A stretch of DNA of 64,000 bases from Vicugna vicugna. Taxonomy: Eukaryota. The notes beneath the pieces are model-generated. The model was not told the DNA's origin. It did no database searches and saw only the letters and a program-made list of their open reading frames with translations. Below, piece by piece: positions 12,902 to 24,247 of this stretch (position 1 is its first letter; every line of letters begins with the position of its first letter). A program made the position numbers and the translations under genes. The DNA lies in NCBI GenBank assembly GCA_013265495.1, contig MU058244.1, positions 186,001 through 250,000 of the forward strand. The letters run 5' to 3'.

Positions 12902-12907
12902 TTTATT
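12902..12907 (-). terminator. FOXL3 candidate polyadenylation signal AATAAA
   Basis: tttatt on the + strand, ~325 nt past the TGA. Confidence 0.65.
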
Positions 12908-13229
12908 GTTGCCATTTTTGGCTGGAGAAGGGGGTGCGGTAGGTGCCTGTTGACTTCACTGCCTGTGCACTCAGCTGACTGGCAGCTTCCGGGTGTGGCT
13001 AAGCGGCAAGATTTCCAGCGTGGCTCTGAGTAAAAGTGACCCTCACACCCCTTTCACGAGGTCACCCTCTTTCCCTCCCACCCAGCTGCTTTCGGCACCG
13101 AGCCCGAGTCTGTGGAAGTTTGTAGGACGCGGCGAAACCCACTTCTCCACTCAACGTGGGGCTGAAATCACCCCGGAGGCCCCCGGCTGCTTGGGCGCCA
13201 GCCCTGCAGGGGGCTGGCCTCAGCCCCGC

Positions 13230-13607
13230 TCACACTGTCCAGAGGTGGAGGTGCCTCTGCTGGGCCTCCGGCCGGGGGCGTGCGCCCTCCTGCGCGCAGG
13301 GCGGCTTGAGCCCAGGAACGGGGTCGGGGGCGGAGAGGATGTAGTCGATGCTGAACCTGAGGTCCCTGTGCTCCGCCCTCCCGGGGACCGGGGGCTCCTG
13401 CGCGCTGGCGCTGGCGGGCTCGGGGGCTCCCGGGGGCCCCTCGGCGTCCGCCACGCGAGCTCCTCTGGGCCCCTCGCGCTTGGGGCCGCGGCGCCGCCGC
13501 CGGCGCCGGAAGTTGCCGTTCTCGAAGAGGTCTAGCAGCGACTCGCAGCCGCCGGCGAACGTCCAGTAGCTGCCTTTGCCCTTCGCGTGGCCCTCTGTCC
13601 GCGGCAC
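13230..13607 (-). CDS. FOXL3: FOXL3 coding exon 3 (378 nt including TGA); wing of the forkhead domain, poly-Arg NLS, eh1-like motif
   Basis: VPRTEGHAKGKGSYWTF...FRRRRRRRGPKR...FSIDYIL...LHLWTV*; gcacag acceptor; spliced CDS 107+169+378=654 nt, 217 aa, frame intact. Confidence 0.93.
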   Translation of the reverse strand: MPRTEGHAKGKGSYWTFAGGCESLLDLFENGNFRRRRRRRGPKREGPRGARVADAEGPPGAPEPASASAQEPPVPGRAEHRDLRFSIDYILSAPDPVPGLKPPCAQEGARPRPEAQQRHLHLWTV

Positions 13608-13868
13608 CTGTGCGAGCGAGCGCGGGGCTCAGCGCCGGGCTGTCTCCCAGCCCGAGCCGCGTGGGGCGTCAGGGTGAGCCCTGGACAGCCCTGAAATGAC
13701 GCCTCGGCCTGGGGCTGAGCAGCTGGAGGCCGACCAGTTTGCTAAGACTGAATGTTCCAAAAACCGCCGTGCAAATGCCACCTCCCCCCACAGCTCAGGG
13801 ATGACTCGGCCCAGGTGTCACTAGACCAGGGGCGCCCAGAGGCTGCTCCGGGGGGCGGGGGGGCTCAC

Positions 13869-14037
13869 CTTGACGAAGCAGCTGTTGAGGGACAGGTTGT
13901 GGCGGATGGAGTTCTGCCAGGCGCGCTGGTTGGCGCGGTAATAGGGAAACTTGCGCATGATGAAGTCGTAGATGCCGGCCAGGGTCACCCTGCCCGCCGG
14001 GCTCTGCTGAATGGCCATGGCGATCAGCGCGATGTAG
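13869..14037 (-). CDS. FOXL3: FOXL3 coding exon 2 (169 nt), forkhead domain helices
   Basis: (S)[56 protein letters not shown], the canonical forkhead signature [12 protein letters not shown]; ccgcag acceptor, gtgagc donor. Confidence 0.95.
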
Positions 14038-14365
14038 CTGCGGACAGGGGCGCTCAGGCCACGCGGCGCGGAGGGAGGGCTGCCCAGAGCGCGGCTGGAG
14101 CTCCCCCTCGCCCGCGCCCTCGCGTCAGCCCGTCCCGCGCTGGCGCTTCCGCGGGGACCCTCTCTTCTCTCCCCTCCCCCAGGGCGCCCTGGGGTGTTGG
14201 AGGTGGACGGCGGGAAGGCATTACTTGGGTCGGGGACACCTTGCACCTGGGGGCTTCCCCCCACCCCGGGGAGGCTGGGTCCCTCGTCCCAGTCCCAGGC
14301 AGGTCCTGGCCCCTCGCGGAGGAGGGTCGCCGGCCCCCGCGGCTCCGCCCCAGCCCCGCGGTCAC

Positions 14366-14472
14366 CTGTACGCGGGCCGTGTGAGCCGCTGCTCTTCGTC
14401 GGAGCTGCCCGCCGGGTAGTCGTCGGCGTCGTAATTGAAGCAATTGTAGGGATACTGCGAGCTGTCAAACAT
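14366..14472 (-). CDS. FOXL3: FOXL3 coding exon 1 (107 nt from ATG)
   Basis: [35 protein letters not shown](S); ATG with A at -3; donor CAG|GTGACC. Confidence 0.92.
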
Positions 14473-14487
14473 CCTGAGGGGCCCCCT

Positions 14488-14535
14488 CCGCCGCCGCTGC
14501 TGCTGCTGCCGCCGCCGCCGCCGCCGCCTCCTCCG
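14488..14535 (-). repeat. Compound trinucleotide repeat, sense strand CGG(AGG)2(CGG)6(CAG)4(CGG)3, just 5' of the FOXL3 ATG
   Basis: Read directly: + strand (ccg)3(ctg)4(ccg)6(cct)2ccg. Confidence 0.95.
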
Positions 14536-16239
14536 CGCCGCCTGCCGGCCCTCCAGGTCTGTGCGGAGGTTCTCTCGGGCGCGGACGAGCGGCGCGTGCA
14601 CTGCGGGCTGCTCTCTGCCGGAGCTGGGAACCTAGCCTCCTGGGGTCCCCCCGCCCGCCCCCACCTGGTCCTCTCGCATCCAATCCCGGCGTGGGGGGGG
14701 GGGGCCCTGTCGCCGGTGAAGCGGCCGAGGGGAGCTGAACGGGCTCTTGGTGACCCTCTGACTGGCCTCGGGAGGAGGGAGCGGGGAGCGGCGCGCTGGG
14801 TGGTCCAGCGGGCGGGGCCCCGCAGCGCCGGGCGGGTGGGGGCAGGAGGGAAGTGCGGGCTGTGAAAGGCAGCGTGAGGGTGGGCGCGGGGGGGAGGGTC
14901 CCCCAGAGTTTTGTGAGATATCACCGCTGCGGGGAACGGTACAGGATACAGGGGTTCTCTCTGGATTATTTCTTACAACTGGGTGGAATCTACAATTATC
15001 TCGGAATAAAAAGTTTAATTAAAAATCCACGGATGGTTTTGGAGACCCTCTCTCCCCGCCCCTTCGTCTTCCGGTTATGGGGCTGAAGCTGTGAGAGGCA
15101 GTCAGAGGACAGAGCAGTCTGGTCGCTGGGTCTCAGGTCAGCACCGCAGGGAGAGAGGTCCCCGCCTTGGTCTGGGCCTTTCTGAGCTGTGCTGCCCACA
15201 CCTGCGCCCCTGCGGGCTGGGTCCTGCCCTCCTCCTCTCTCTCCACTTCCTTTGTCAAGCCCAGGTTCTGGGGTCGCCCCCACCCGGAGCCCCACAGTCA
15301 GGCAGAAGCAGAGGAGAGGGGGCTGGCGCTGTGAAGCCCCAGGACGCCTGTCCCAGCCGGTGAGGTCTGCGGCTTCTGTGCCCCTGGGGGCTGAAGATGA
15401 GGACGCTGGTCCCTTGTCAGATACACGATTACAAATGCAAACAAGGGCTGCTACTTCCCTCCAGCCGTCTGTGTCTCAGTGAAGGCCGCTGTGGCCAACC
15501 CGAGCGCAGATCTGCACAGTCACAGCTTTCTTGGATCCATCAGAGAACTAAGGGGCAAGGCCACACCCCAAACCCAGGGGAGTGGACCCAGGACCTATCC
15601 AAGTGCTCGCTCACCTGCGGCAGGGCCCAGGGACGCGGGTTGGGTGCGGTGAATGCTAACGCCTTGTTCAAGGCCACGCGAGGGCCCGCGGGAGAGCCCG
15701 GACCCCTGGAACAGGTGGAAGGATGGCAGGCTTGTCCATGACCTTGCTGAACACTCAGGAGGAAAAGATGGAGCAGGTGACAGTCTGGAGGGGCCTCCTG
15801 CAGGCCAGGCCTAGGGGCGGGGTCTAGAACAAACCTGAATCCGCCCAGGGAAGGTGGGAGCCAGCTGGTGCCTCATCCCAGAGATGCTGCAGGTCCTAAG
15901 ACAGGGTCTTGGGGTGTGGTGCTGGGAGCTTCTGAAGCATTAAAGGAAGGAGCCTGAAGAACGGATAGTGGAGGAAACAGCTCAAGTTATTTATTTCTTT
16001 AATTGAATAGAAAATGAAGGCTGACCGGTTAGAGAACCTTTTTGAATGTGTTTTGGTTTCTTGGAGTTCTGAAACGTGTGCTTGAGTTACTTCTGAAAAA
16101 TCACTTCCAATTTAGCACCTGGCAATGAGAAAGTAAGCTTCTCCGATCTTCAGCGAAAAATTCCCTGAAAATACCACTGGTCACAGCAGCATCAGCCACA
16201 AGCACAGGCCAGCAGTTTTCTGAGGTTTTTCACATTTTT

Positions 16240-16355
16240 TCAGGACAATCCTGTGAGTCAGGACGACTGTTTATTCCCATTTGCAGGAACAGAGAGGGTG
16301 ACCAGCTCACCCAGCATCACAGCACTGGGATGGAGCAGATTTGCACCCAGACCCT
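16240..16355. mobile_element. MIR SINE relic
   Basis: caatcctgtgag...ttattcccatttgcagga...gctcacccagcatcacagc...gatttgcacccagac. Confidence 0.55.
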
Positions 16356-16514
16356 TCAGGAAAGAACTAGCCACTACTCACATGCTGGTATATACTCCCC
16401 AAATTTTGGAGTGTGGGCACCATTTGCCAAACCTAATACATCAAAAATTTGACTTTTAATGTCTACAGAATACTGAATGCGTCGGGGTTTGTTTACAGAC
16501 CGTACGTGGTGTTA

Positions 16515-18685
16515 CCTGAGATTTTCCTTTCCTGAGGCAGGCTTGTGTCGCTGTAAACTTCCCTCTGAGAACGGCTTCTGCTGCGTCCCGGAGGTCTGGG
16601 ATCGCTGTGCTTGCGTTTTCATTTGTCTCAGTACTTTCTGATTTCCTCAGTGATCCACTAGTTGCTTAGTCTCCACGTGTTTGCAGCTTTTGCAGTTTTC
16701 CTAGTAGTTGATTTCTGACCTTATAGTGCTGTGGTCTGAAAAGATGCTCAGAACAATTTCGAGTTTCTTAAATTTACCGAGGCTGGCTTTGTGGGCCAGC
16801 ATGTGGTCTATTCCGGACAATGCTCTGTGCACACTTGAGAAGAAGGTGTGTTCAGTTGCTTCCGGACAGGATGCTCCACAGACATCAGTCAAGTCCGTCT
16901 GCTCTAGTGTTTCCTTACTGGCTTTCTGCCCGGGTGACCTGTCCACTGACGGAAGTGGGGTGCTAGGGTCCCCACTATTTTTGTTATTGTCAGTTTCCCC
17001 TTTTACGTCTGTTAACAGTCGCCTTGTGTATTGAGGTGCTCCTAGGTTGGGTGCATATTTATTTACAATCGTTACGTCTTCTTCTTGGATTGACCCCTTG
17101 AGCATTATGTAGTGTCCTTCTTTGTGTCTTGTAACAGGCTTTATTTTAAAATCGACTTTGTCTGATGTAAGTATTGCTACTCCAGCTTTCTTCTCGTTTC
17201 TGTGTGCATGGAATATCATTTTCCATACCCTTATTTTCAGCCTGCAGGTGTCTCTAGCTGTGAGGTGGGTCTCGTAGACAGTGCATATATGGGTCTTGTT
17301 TTCATATCCATTCAGCCAGTCTGTGCCTTTTGGTTGGAGTGTTTAATCCATTTACATTTAAGGTAATTTTTGATATGTATGTTCTTATTGCCTTTTGCTA
17401 ATTGTTTTGTAGGTTTTTTTTTTCCTCTTTCTTCTTTTTGTTCTCTTTTCTTGCGGTTTGATGACTAGAGAAGGTCCTTTAACGTTTGTTGTAAGGCTGG
17501 TTTGGTGGTGCGGAATTCTTTTAGCTTTTGCTTGTCTGTGAAGCTTTTGATCTCTCCATCAGGTCTGAACGAGAGCCTTGCTGGGCAGAGTGTTCTTGGT
17601 TGTAAGCTTCCCCCTCTCATCACTTTAAATATTTCGTGCCCCTCCCTTGTGGCCTGCAGAGTTTCTGCTGAAAAGTCAGCCGATAACCTCGTGGGAGTTC
17701 CCTAGTATGTCATTCGTTGCTTTTCTCTTGCTAATTTCAAACTTTTCTCCTTATCTTCCATTTTTGTCAATTTGATTACGGTGTGCCTCGGTGTGTTCCT
17801 CTCTGAGTCGATCCCGATTCCGTGTGGAACTCTGCACTTCCTGGACTTGGGTGACTGTTTCCTTCCCCAAGTTGGGGAAGTTTTCAGTTACTGTCTCTTC
17901 AAAAATTTTTCTCTGGTCCTTTCTCTCTCTCTTCTCTTTCTGGGACACCTGTAATGCAAATATTAGTGTGCTTCATGTTGTCCCAGAGTTCTCTTACACT
18001 ATGCTCATTTCTTTTCATTCTTTTTTCTTTATTATGTTCCGCAGTGGTGATTTCCACTAATCTGTCTTCTAGCTCACTGATCCGTTCTTCCGCCTCATTT
18101 AATCTATTCTTGTTCCTTCTAGTGTGTTATTCATTTCAGTGATTTTATTCTTCAGTCTGGGTATTCTTTATGTTTTCCAACTGTTTGCTAAAAACTTCGC
18201 TCTGTGCATCTGTATTCCTCTTGAGTTCTCTGAACATCTTCACCATCATTACTGTAAACTCTTTCTCGGATAAATTGCCTCTCTCTTCATCACTTATTTC
18301 TTCTTCTGGGATTTTGTCTTGTGCCTTGGCCTGGGAGATATTCCTCTGCTGCCTCATGTTGTCTGTCTTTCTATTTGTATCTTTAGGTAGGTTAGTTAAC
18401 GTTTCTCGATCTTGGAGAGGTGGCCCTCTGGGAGACGTCCTGTGCGTCTCAGCAGTGCACTCCTCTCTTGTCACCCAAGGGTCAGGGTCCAGCCAGTTCC
18501 AGGATAGAGTCTGGCCTGTGTGTGTGGATTCCTTCCACAGGCTTTAGGATTGTTGTTTTCTTATTTCTGGCATCTGCCCCTGGTAGGTGAGACTGGACTA
18601 GAGGCTTAGGCAGGGTTCCTGGCAGGAGGAGCCAGTCCCTGTCCACTGCTGGGTGAAGCTTGGTCCTGGACCTCTGGTTGGCATT
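16515..18685 (-). mobile_element. Degenerate LINE-1, 5' portion only (5'UTR, ORF1, ORF2 endonuclease domain)
   Basis: ORF 16701-17219 reads KKAGVAILTSDKVDFK...KEGHYIMLKGSIQEEDVTIVNKYAPN...FSDH (L1 APE endonuclease); ORF 18145-18474 MRQQRNISQ...EKEFTVMMVKMFREL is L1 ORF1p-like; interrupted by stops and frameshifts. Confidence 0.93.
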
Positions 18686-18699
18686 TTTGTTTTCAGTTT

Positions 18700-18870
18700 T
18701 GAAGGCAGAGAAGTCCCTCTGCAAGCTGGAGGGCCAGAAGAGCCAGTGGTGTAGTTCTAGTCCAGGACCCAAGTCCAAAGGCCTGAGAACAGGTCTGAGG
18801 GCAGGAAAGTATGGATGTCCTGGAGAAACAGGCCACAGGCATGCTTCCAAGGCAAGGAGGTGGGTATGAG
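18700..18870 (-). mobile_element. ERVL/MaLR-class LTR fragment (MLT2-like)
   Basis: gagaagtcc...ctgcaagctggag...ccagtggtgtag...gtccaaaggcctgagaac resembles the recalled consensus; subfamily uncertain. Confidence 0.55.
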
Positions 18871-19319
18871 TTCCTGAGAACCCCTTTGTGACAGCCTAGC
18901 AAGTGCCCTGTGTCACTTCTCACTGGACCAGCTGGAGTCACCTCTGTCCCTGTCAATCCTTGCAGCCAGGAGGTTAGCGCTCTCCCACAGGAAAAACTAG
19001 GTCTGGTGCCTGGTCAGCTCTGCTGAAGCCACAGTACTGAGGCCAGCAAGGGACTGACTCCCTGCAGAAGAGCCAGGGGTCTAGTAAAAGAAAGGGCTGC
19101 CTCCCCAGGACAGCTGGTGGCAGCAGAGTGTGCTGTGAAGGAGAACCAGGTGCCCTGTGGCTGCTCATTGCATAGACCTGTGTAGTAGCTCATTGGAGAC
19201 CGGGAGCTAAGCTGTGGAGATGTAGCCGGAGTGGTCTGTTGCTCCCCACAAGCGAGCTTTGAGCAGCTATGAGGAAATGGAGACATCCTTACAGTTCATA
19301 GAAAAGCCTTGACACAGGG

Positions 19320-19700
19320 TATTTTGCTATTTGTGCTGGGCAACAAGCAACTCCAAACTTAGTGCCTGAAACTAACTGACAGATGTTTATTGTCTTCCAG
19401 GGTTTCTGTGAGTCAGGAATCTGGGAGCAGCTCAGCTGGGTGGCCCTAGCTTAGCATCTCGGGAGGCTGCAGTCAGGATGTTGGGCGGGGCTGGTCATCA
19501 GAAGGCTCCTCTGGGGCTGGAAACCTCCCTCATGCCTGGGGCACCAGTGCCGGATGCTGGGGGACCCAGGTCCCTCCCCACGGGGGCTTCTCATACAGGC
19601 AGCTCACCCCCTCACAGGAGATCCAGGGATGGGCAGGGGCCCGGGGGTCCTACAGCCTAGCTTTGGCAGTGACGTACTACCACTCACGTGTGTTCAACAG
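19320..19700 (-). mobile_element. MaLR LTR (MLT1F/G/H-like)
   Basis: aaacttagtgcctgaaac...tttctgtgagtcaggaatctgggagcagctcagctgggtgg...gctgcagtcaggatgttgg motifs. Confidence 0.7.
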
Positions 19701-22700
19701 GCCTCACAGACAAACTAGGCCCAGCGCTGGGGGGGTCACAAGGGCTTGAATTCGGGAGGCGTGGACCACTGGGGGCCCGCTTCGGGGCTGCTCTACACAC
19801 AGGGAAGTGGGAACCCTTGACTCCAGTGGTGGGGACAGCATGGGGTCCAGAGAGGGTCAGGAAGGCTGGGGGGACATGGGGGACCTGGCCAGCCTGTGCC
19901 AGGATGCAGGGCTGAGGTTGGGGGCACGCCTCGCTGGAACATGATGAATTCAGGGGCAGGAGAAGAGCCGGCCCCGGTGGCAGGGGCTGGAGCTGGTGCT
20001 TTTAGTTGTCACATTGTTCCAGTCTGGTGGGATGTGGACGCTGACCTGACGATCGCAGAAACACGTGATCCGAGTCCAGGTGGGGGCTCCATGTGAGAAC
20101 ACACTGAGGTCACCCGGCTAAGGGCCAGGAAATCTTCCAGGAGGAAATGTTTGGCAGCACCTGGAATAGGAGTTAACGAAGTAAGGGTGGCATGGGGCAG
20201 ACAGTTCCAGGGTGGGAGAAGGTGCGTCTAGAAGCTTCTGGAAGGTGGGAGTGCTTCTACACTCCCTCTTCTCTGATGTTGGAATTGCTGCCGGCGGTCA
20301 GACCTTGTATTCAGCACTCGTTGAAGAATGACCCACAACTCAGTAAGCAGCTCTGGAGGTCCCGGCGCGGTGCTTCCGGCCTGGGGGCTGGGGAGCCGCT
20401 CTGAGCCCCTGGACACGGGAGGACAGGCTGGCCTGCTGGGGCTCGGGTGGGTGGCAGGGCCTGCTGATGGCTCTGCTGGGCAGCGGAGGGGCTTCTGAGG
20501 TCTTGGATTCTGGCCCTGAGGACCTGGGGGCTTCCGAGGTCTGGCTCTGCCCTAGGGAGGCTGGTCTTGCTCTTCCCAGGTTCTCCTCTAGATGGCGCCA
20601 GGGGATCAGACACGGGCAGCATCCACAGGGCAGGCCTTCTGGCCGCTCCAGGATGGCGACCGCAGGACACATCCAGCCAAGAGTAGCGGTGGGGGGCTGC
20701 GTTTTGAAGCAGGGCTGGGCTGGGCGCGGGCCTTGGGTGGGGCTGGCTGGTGGGAGCCTCAGAGCAACCTAGCAGGGCTGCCCCTGAGCTGGACGAGGCC
20801 CTGGTGTGCACCCCACTGACCCCACTCCTCTGAGCCGCTCCCCACTTAGCCCATGAAAGCCACCAGGCTGGGAGCTGCCCCACCACTTTGGGACGGCGTA
20901 GACACTGTCCCCAGTTCCTGGCCACCCACAGATCCCTCCTCCGGAATGCCAGCTCCGAGAAGAATAAGAAAGGCCCCGCTGTGCATGTGGGGAGCCCCTC
21001 CCGGCGGGGGCTTTGGAATTCCGCTTTCCTGATGGAGGTGAGGTCCATCCAACGTCCCCCACTCCGCCCTCAGGATGAGGCTTCTGAGGTGGCTCTCCTT
21101 CACCTGCTTCTGCCTCGTCCCTTGGGATGTGAGGACAGTGACTCGTGGGAGAGTTTCCCTGAAGACTGGGCAGGATGTGGGACAGAATGAGGGGGCTCTG
21201 GGTGCATCACCTGGAGGGTGGGCTGGGGGCCCATATCTGGCCCACCTGGGAGCCTGCATCTCGGCGTGGCCCTTGGGGGACTGACTCCAGGAATCTGAAC
21301 AACTGACTTGCTCCCAGGTGGGGAGGCATGGGGTTGGCCAGGTGTCACAAGGTGGCCTCTGCCATCGCCCTCCTTGGGCCTCCGTGTCACTGTCCTTGGG
21401 GCAGCTCGGCTGTGTGGGTAGGGGCTGGGGGTCGGGTGAGCCCACCTGCTTCCCCACCGCCCCGTCGACTTGCCTTAGACCCCTGGGGTGGGGGTGGTGC
21501 CCGGCTCCCCATCGTGCCCTGATTGACTTGTCCATTTATGCGTTTCCGTGAGAAAGCGGTCCCTGCCCCCAGAGCCACCCTGCAGCCTTGGCCAGGGGCC
21601 GCCCCTCCTGCCTCTCCCGTGGTCCCAGGCTGACTAGGGGAGGGCGTTTGTCTTGATTTCCCCCCAGTTTGTTCTTTCAGTCACGCTTGATTTCTTACTG
21701 CACAGTCTCCTCGGCCCCAAGGTGCTGTCCTGTTTATGGATGAAGCGGGCTGCCTGCTGCCGTGGGGGAAGCAGCCGTTCACCGAGAGGTATGTCACTGG
21801 AAGCCCTTTCCCGCTTTGTTCCAGACGCCCCCTGCAGCTGCAGATCTGGGTCCCCAAGGCCATGCCCCCCTCTGTTACTCGAGGGAAGTCCCCTTGCGGG
21901 TCTGGGCCTTGGTTTAGACGGTGTAAAACGGGCTGATGGGATCCAGACTCTACCCAGGAGCGGTGGTGAGGACCTGAGCTCGCGGCCCCACTGGGCTCTT
22001 TGGCCCCGCCAGGCTCACAGCTCAGGCCCTGCCCGGCCCCTCCCCCAGTCCAGCAGCTTTGCCTGCATTTTGAACTTGCAGCAAAGCAAAGGGTGAACAC
22101 AGCTTTAAAGCCTTAAGTAACAGTCCAGATCAGACCTGAGAGAGCAGGCCGCTGCCCCTCCCAGCCCCTCCCCATTCCTGCAGCAAAGGCCAGAGAACGC
22201 ACTCCTGTAAGCTTCCCTGGGTGCTATGCTGTGCTGTTTCGGTGTTACCCCCGTGTTTCAATGACAGGCTGTATTTTTCAGCTTTATGTGATACCTACTG
22301 ACGTTCTGCCCTGAGAGAGGGTTTGGGCCACCCCTCAGCCCCTCCCAGTTTGGTTGTATCCCCTCCCTGTTTTGGAGTAGTGTTGATTGCTTCCATTGCA
22401 TCGCAGCTGGGCCAGAAGGTCCTCTGCTGTTTCCTTCCTGGAGGTGACTGCGCCCGCCCTCAGGGCCGTGGTTCCAGGCAGGTTCTCACCCTGACGGGGC
22501 TGTAGCCTCCTCCACCGACAGCGCGGTTCCTCTCTGTTCTGTGTTTTCCTGGGGACTGTCCCTGGAGCCCCCTTTTGTCCCTCCTACCCTTGTGCCAGGG
22601 TCCCCAACCCCCCGTCCCGCCTTCCTTTCCCTCGACTTCTTCCTGGTGCCACACCCCGGCAGCGTCCTTGGGTTAGCGTCTGTCGTCAGTCCTCACATCA

Positions 22701-23599
22701 GCACGCTCACCCGGCGCTGAAGGAACGTCCCCCCGCACCACTGCTGCTGCCCTGCCCGGAGCCTTGGAGAGCACTTCCTGAGTGCAGAGGCGTGAGTCTG
22801 TCCTTCCTGGCAAGTGTTAGTCAGTCTCCTCCGAAGTCCCTCCCCTCGACCTTTGGACTCCTGTGTCTGGCTTTGCATCGCCCCGTTTTAGTAAGAATCC
22901 TGCTAAGTCAGTTTAATGAGAGCCCCCAGCCCCGGCCCTGCTTCGCCAGGAATCCCGGTTCAGCCAGAGCCCCGGACTTGGTGATTTTCCACCCACCTGC
23001 CCCTTGGCTGGAAAGCCCCACTTCCCAGGCTGCGCTGGGAGTTGAGCCGGTTCTATACTGAGGTCTCTTGTCCCCAGTGCAACGTTCCTGAACGGAACTT
23101 TCCACAGCTTTGACTGCTGCCCGGCTCTGGGCCCCTTGGGTGGCTCTGTGGGGCTTGGAGCCTCCTCAGTGACACTGCTTGGCGTTTGAAGGGGAGCAGG
23201 TGCCACCCAAAGCGCGCCTCTCTGGCGTAAGGGTTATTTTGAGAAACAACAGAGGAGCAGCTGCCCTTTTGTGAGGGACGTCTGCACGAGAAGGAACCCT
23301 CCCTTGTAAGTGTTGCCCTCTCTGTGCCGGGAGGAGGGGAGACTCTAGGTCACGGGGGACTCTCGCCAGGGAGAAGAGGACTTAAACCCAAGTAACCATC
23401 GTGCCGTCGTTAGGTGCTCTGCCTGTCCACCCCCGGACCTGGCCTCCCCCACACCCTTCTTCCGTTGTCTCCAGCTCAGGGAGTTCCAAGGGATCTGGAG
23501 GCTCCGTGTCAGGACCGGGGACAAAGACCAAACACCTAGTCCTTGTTACGCCCCAGGCTGCAGTACCCGAGCCCTGCAGACCCGGCAACCCAGACGCTG

Positions 23600-23720
23600 G
23601 ACCATGCTCTCAGTTCTGGAGGCTGGAAGCCCACCGTCAGGTTCCCAGCGGGGCTGTTTCTGGTGAGGCCTCTCTCCTGGCTGGCAAATAGCCGTCTCCT
23701 CCCTGTGTGCACGGGGAGAT
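23600..23720 (-). mobile_element. MaLR LTR fragment (MLT1A-C-like)
   Basis: ctcagttctggaggctggaagccca...tttctggtgaggcctctctcctggctggcaaatagcc. Confidence 0.7.
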
Positions 23721-24241
23721 CTGTGGGCTAACAGTCGGGAGAACCCCCGATAAAAGGCAGAGGAGCTGTGATTTCTCTGCTTCAAAAACAGCTCAGTCCC
23801 TGTGAGCCCTCGGCCAGCAGACTCCCCCCAGGCCCAGCCTGGCCCACTCGCAGGAGACAGAGATGCTCTGCGGGAAGGAGGCTGGCGGAGCCCCCGCGGC
23901 AGGCTTCAGGTGCCATGGCCTGCAGAAGGGGAGCATGTGGCTGGGGGGCTGGGTCTCTTAGGCTGCCCGTGGCTCAGTACGGCCCCTGTGCTGCTGGCCC
24001 TGTGGCCAGTCCAGCCACCGCTGTCCTGGCTCCTGCTGGGTGGACACGGGTGCCCGTGGAGACTCCATGCTGCCCCCTGAGCATGGCCCAACCAGGAGCC
24101 GAACAGGCCCCTCTTTCAGCCCCGGCGCCTGGCCACGCCTGGTTCTAGGACCGACATTGGAGGGTGGGTAGGTGGGCAGCTGAGCGCCAGGGAGTGAGGG
24201 ACCCAGACCCCAGATAGGCCCCTGCACACACTTGCTGAATC

Positions 24242-24247
24242 TTTATT
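24242..24247 (-). terminator. FAM20C polyadenylation signal AATAAA
   Basis: tttatt on the + strand, ~615 nt past the stop codon; first canonical hexamer after the stop on the sense strand. Confidence 0.75.

Larger units (their letters stand above)
13150..14950. promoter_or_regulatory. CpG island covering the FOXL3 gene body and promoter (GC boxes, CCAAT at 14680-14684)
   Basis: Very high CG dinucleotide density by eye relative to the flanks; gggcgg/ccgccc motifs at ~14650 and ~14810; boundaries approximate. Confidence 0.8.

Noticed and set aside
13821-14924. 367-aa minus-strand ORF overlapping FOXL3
   Set aside because: Only the exon 2 part is real forkhead sequence; the rest is stop-poor CpG-island and intron sequence with no ATG start. 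The spliced model with canonical GT-AG explains it
16701-17219. Intact-looking endonuclease ORF as a domesticated gene
   Set aside because: No ATG start, flanked by frameshifted L1 sequence, internal deletions relative to L1 EN; an ordinary decayed L1
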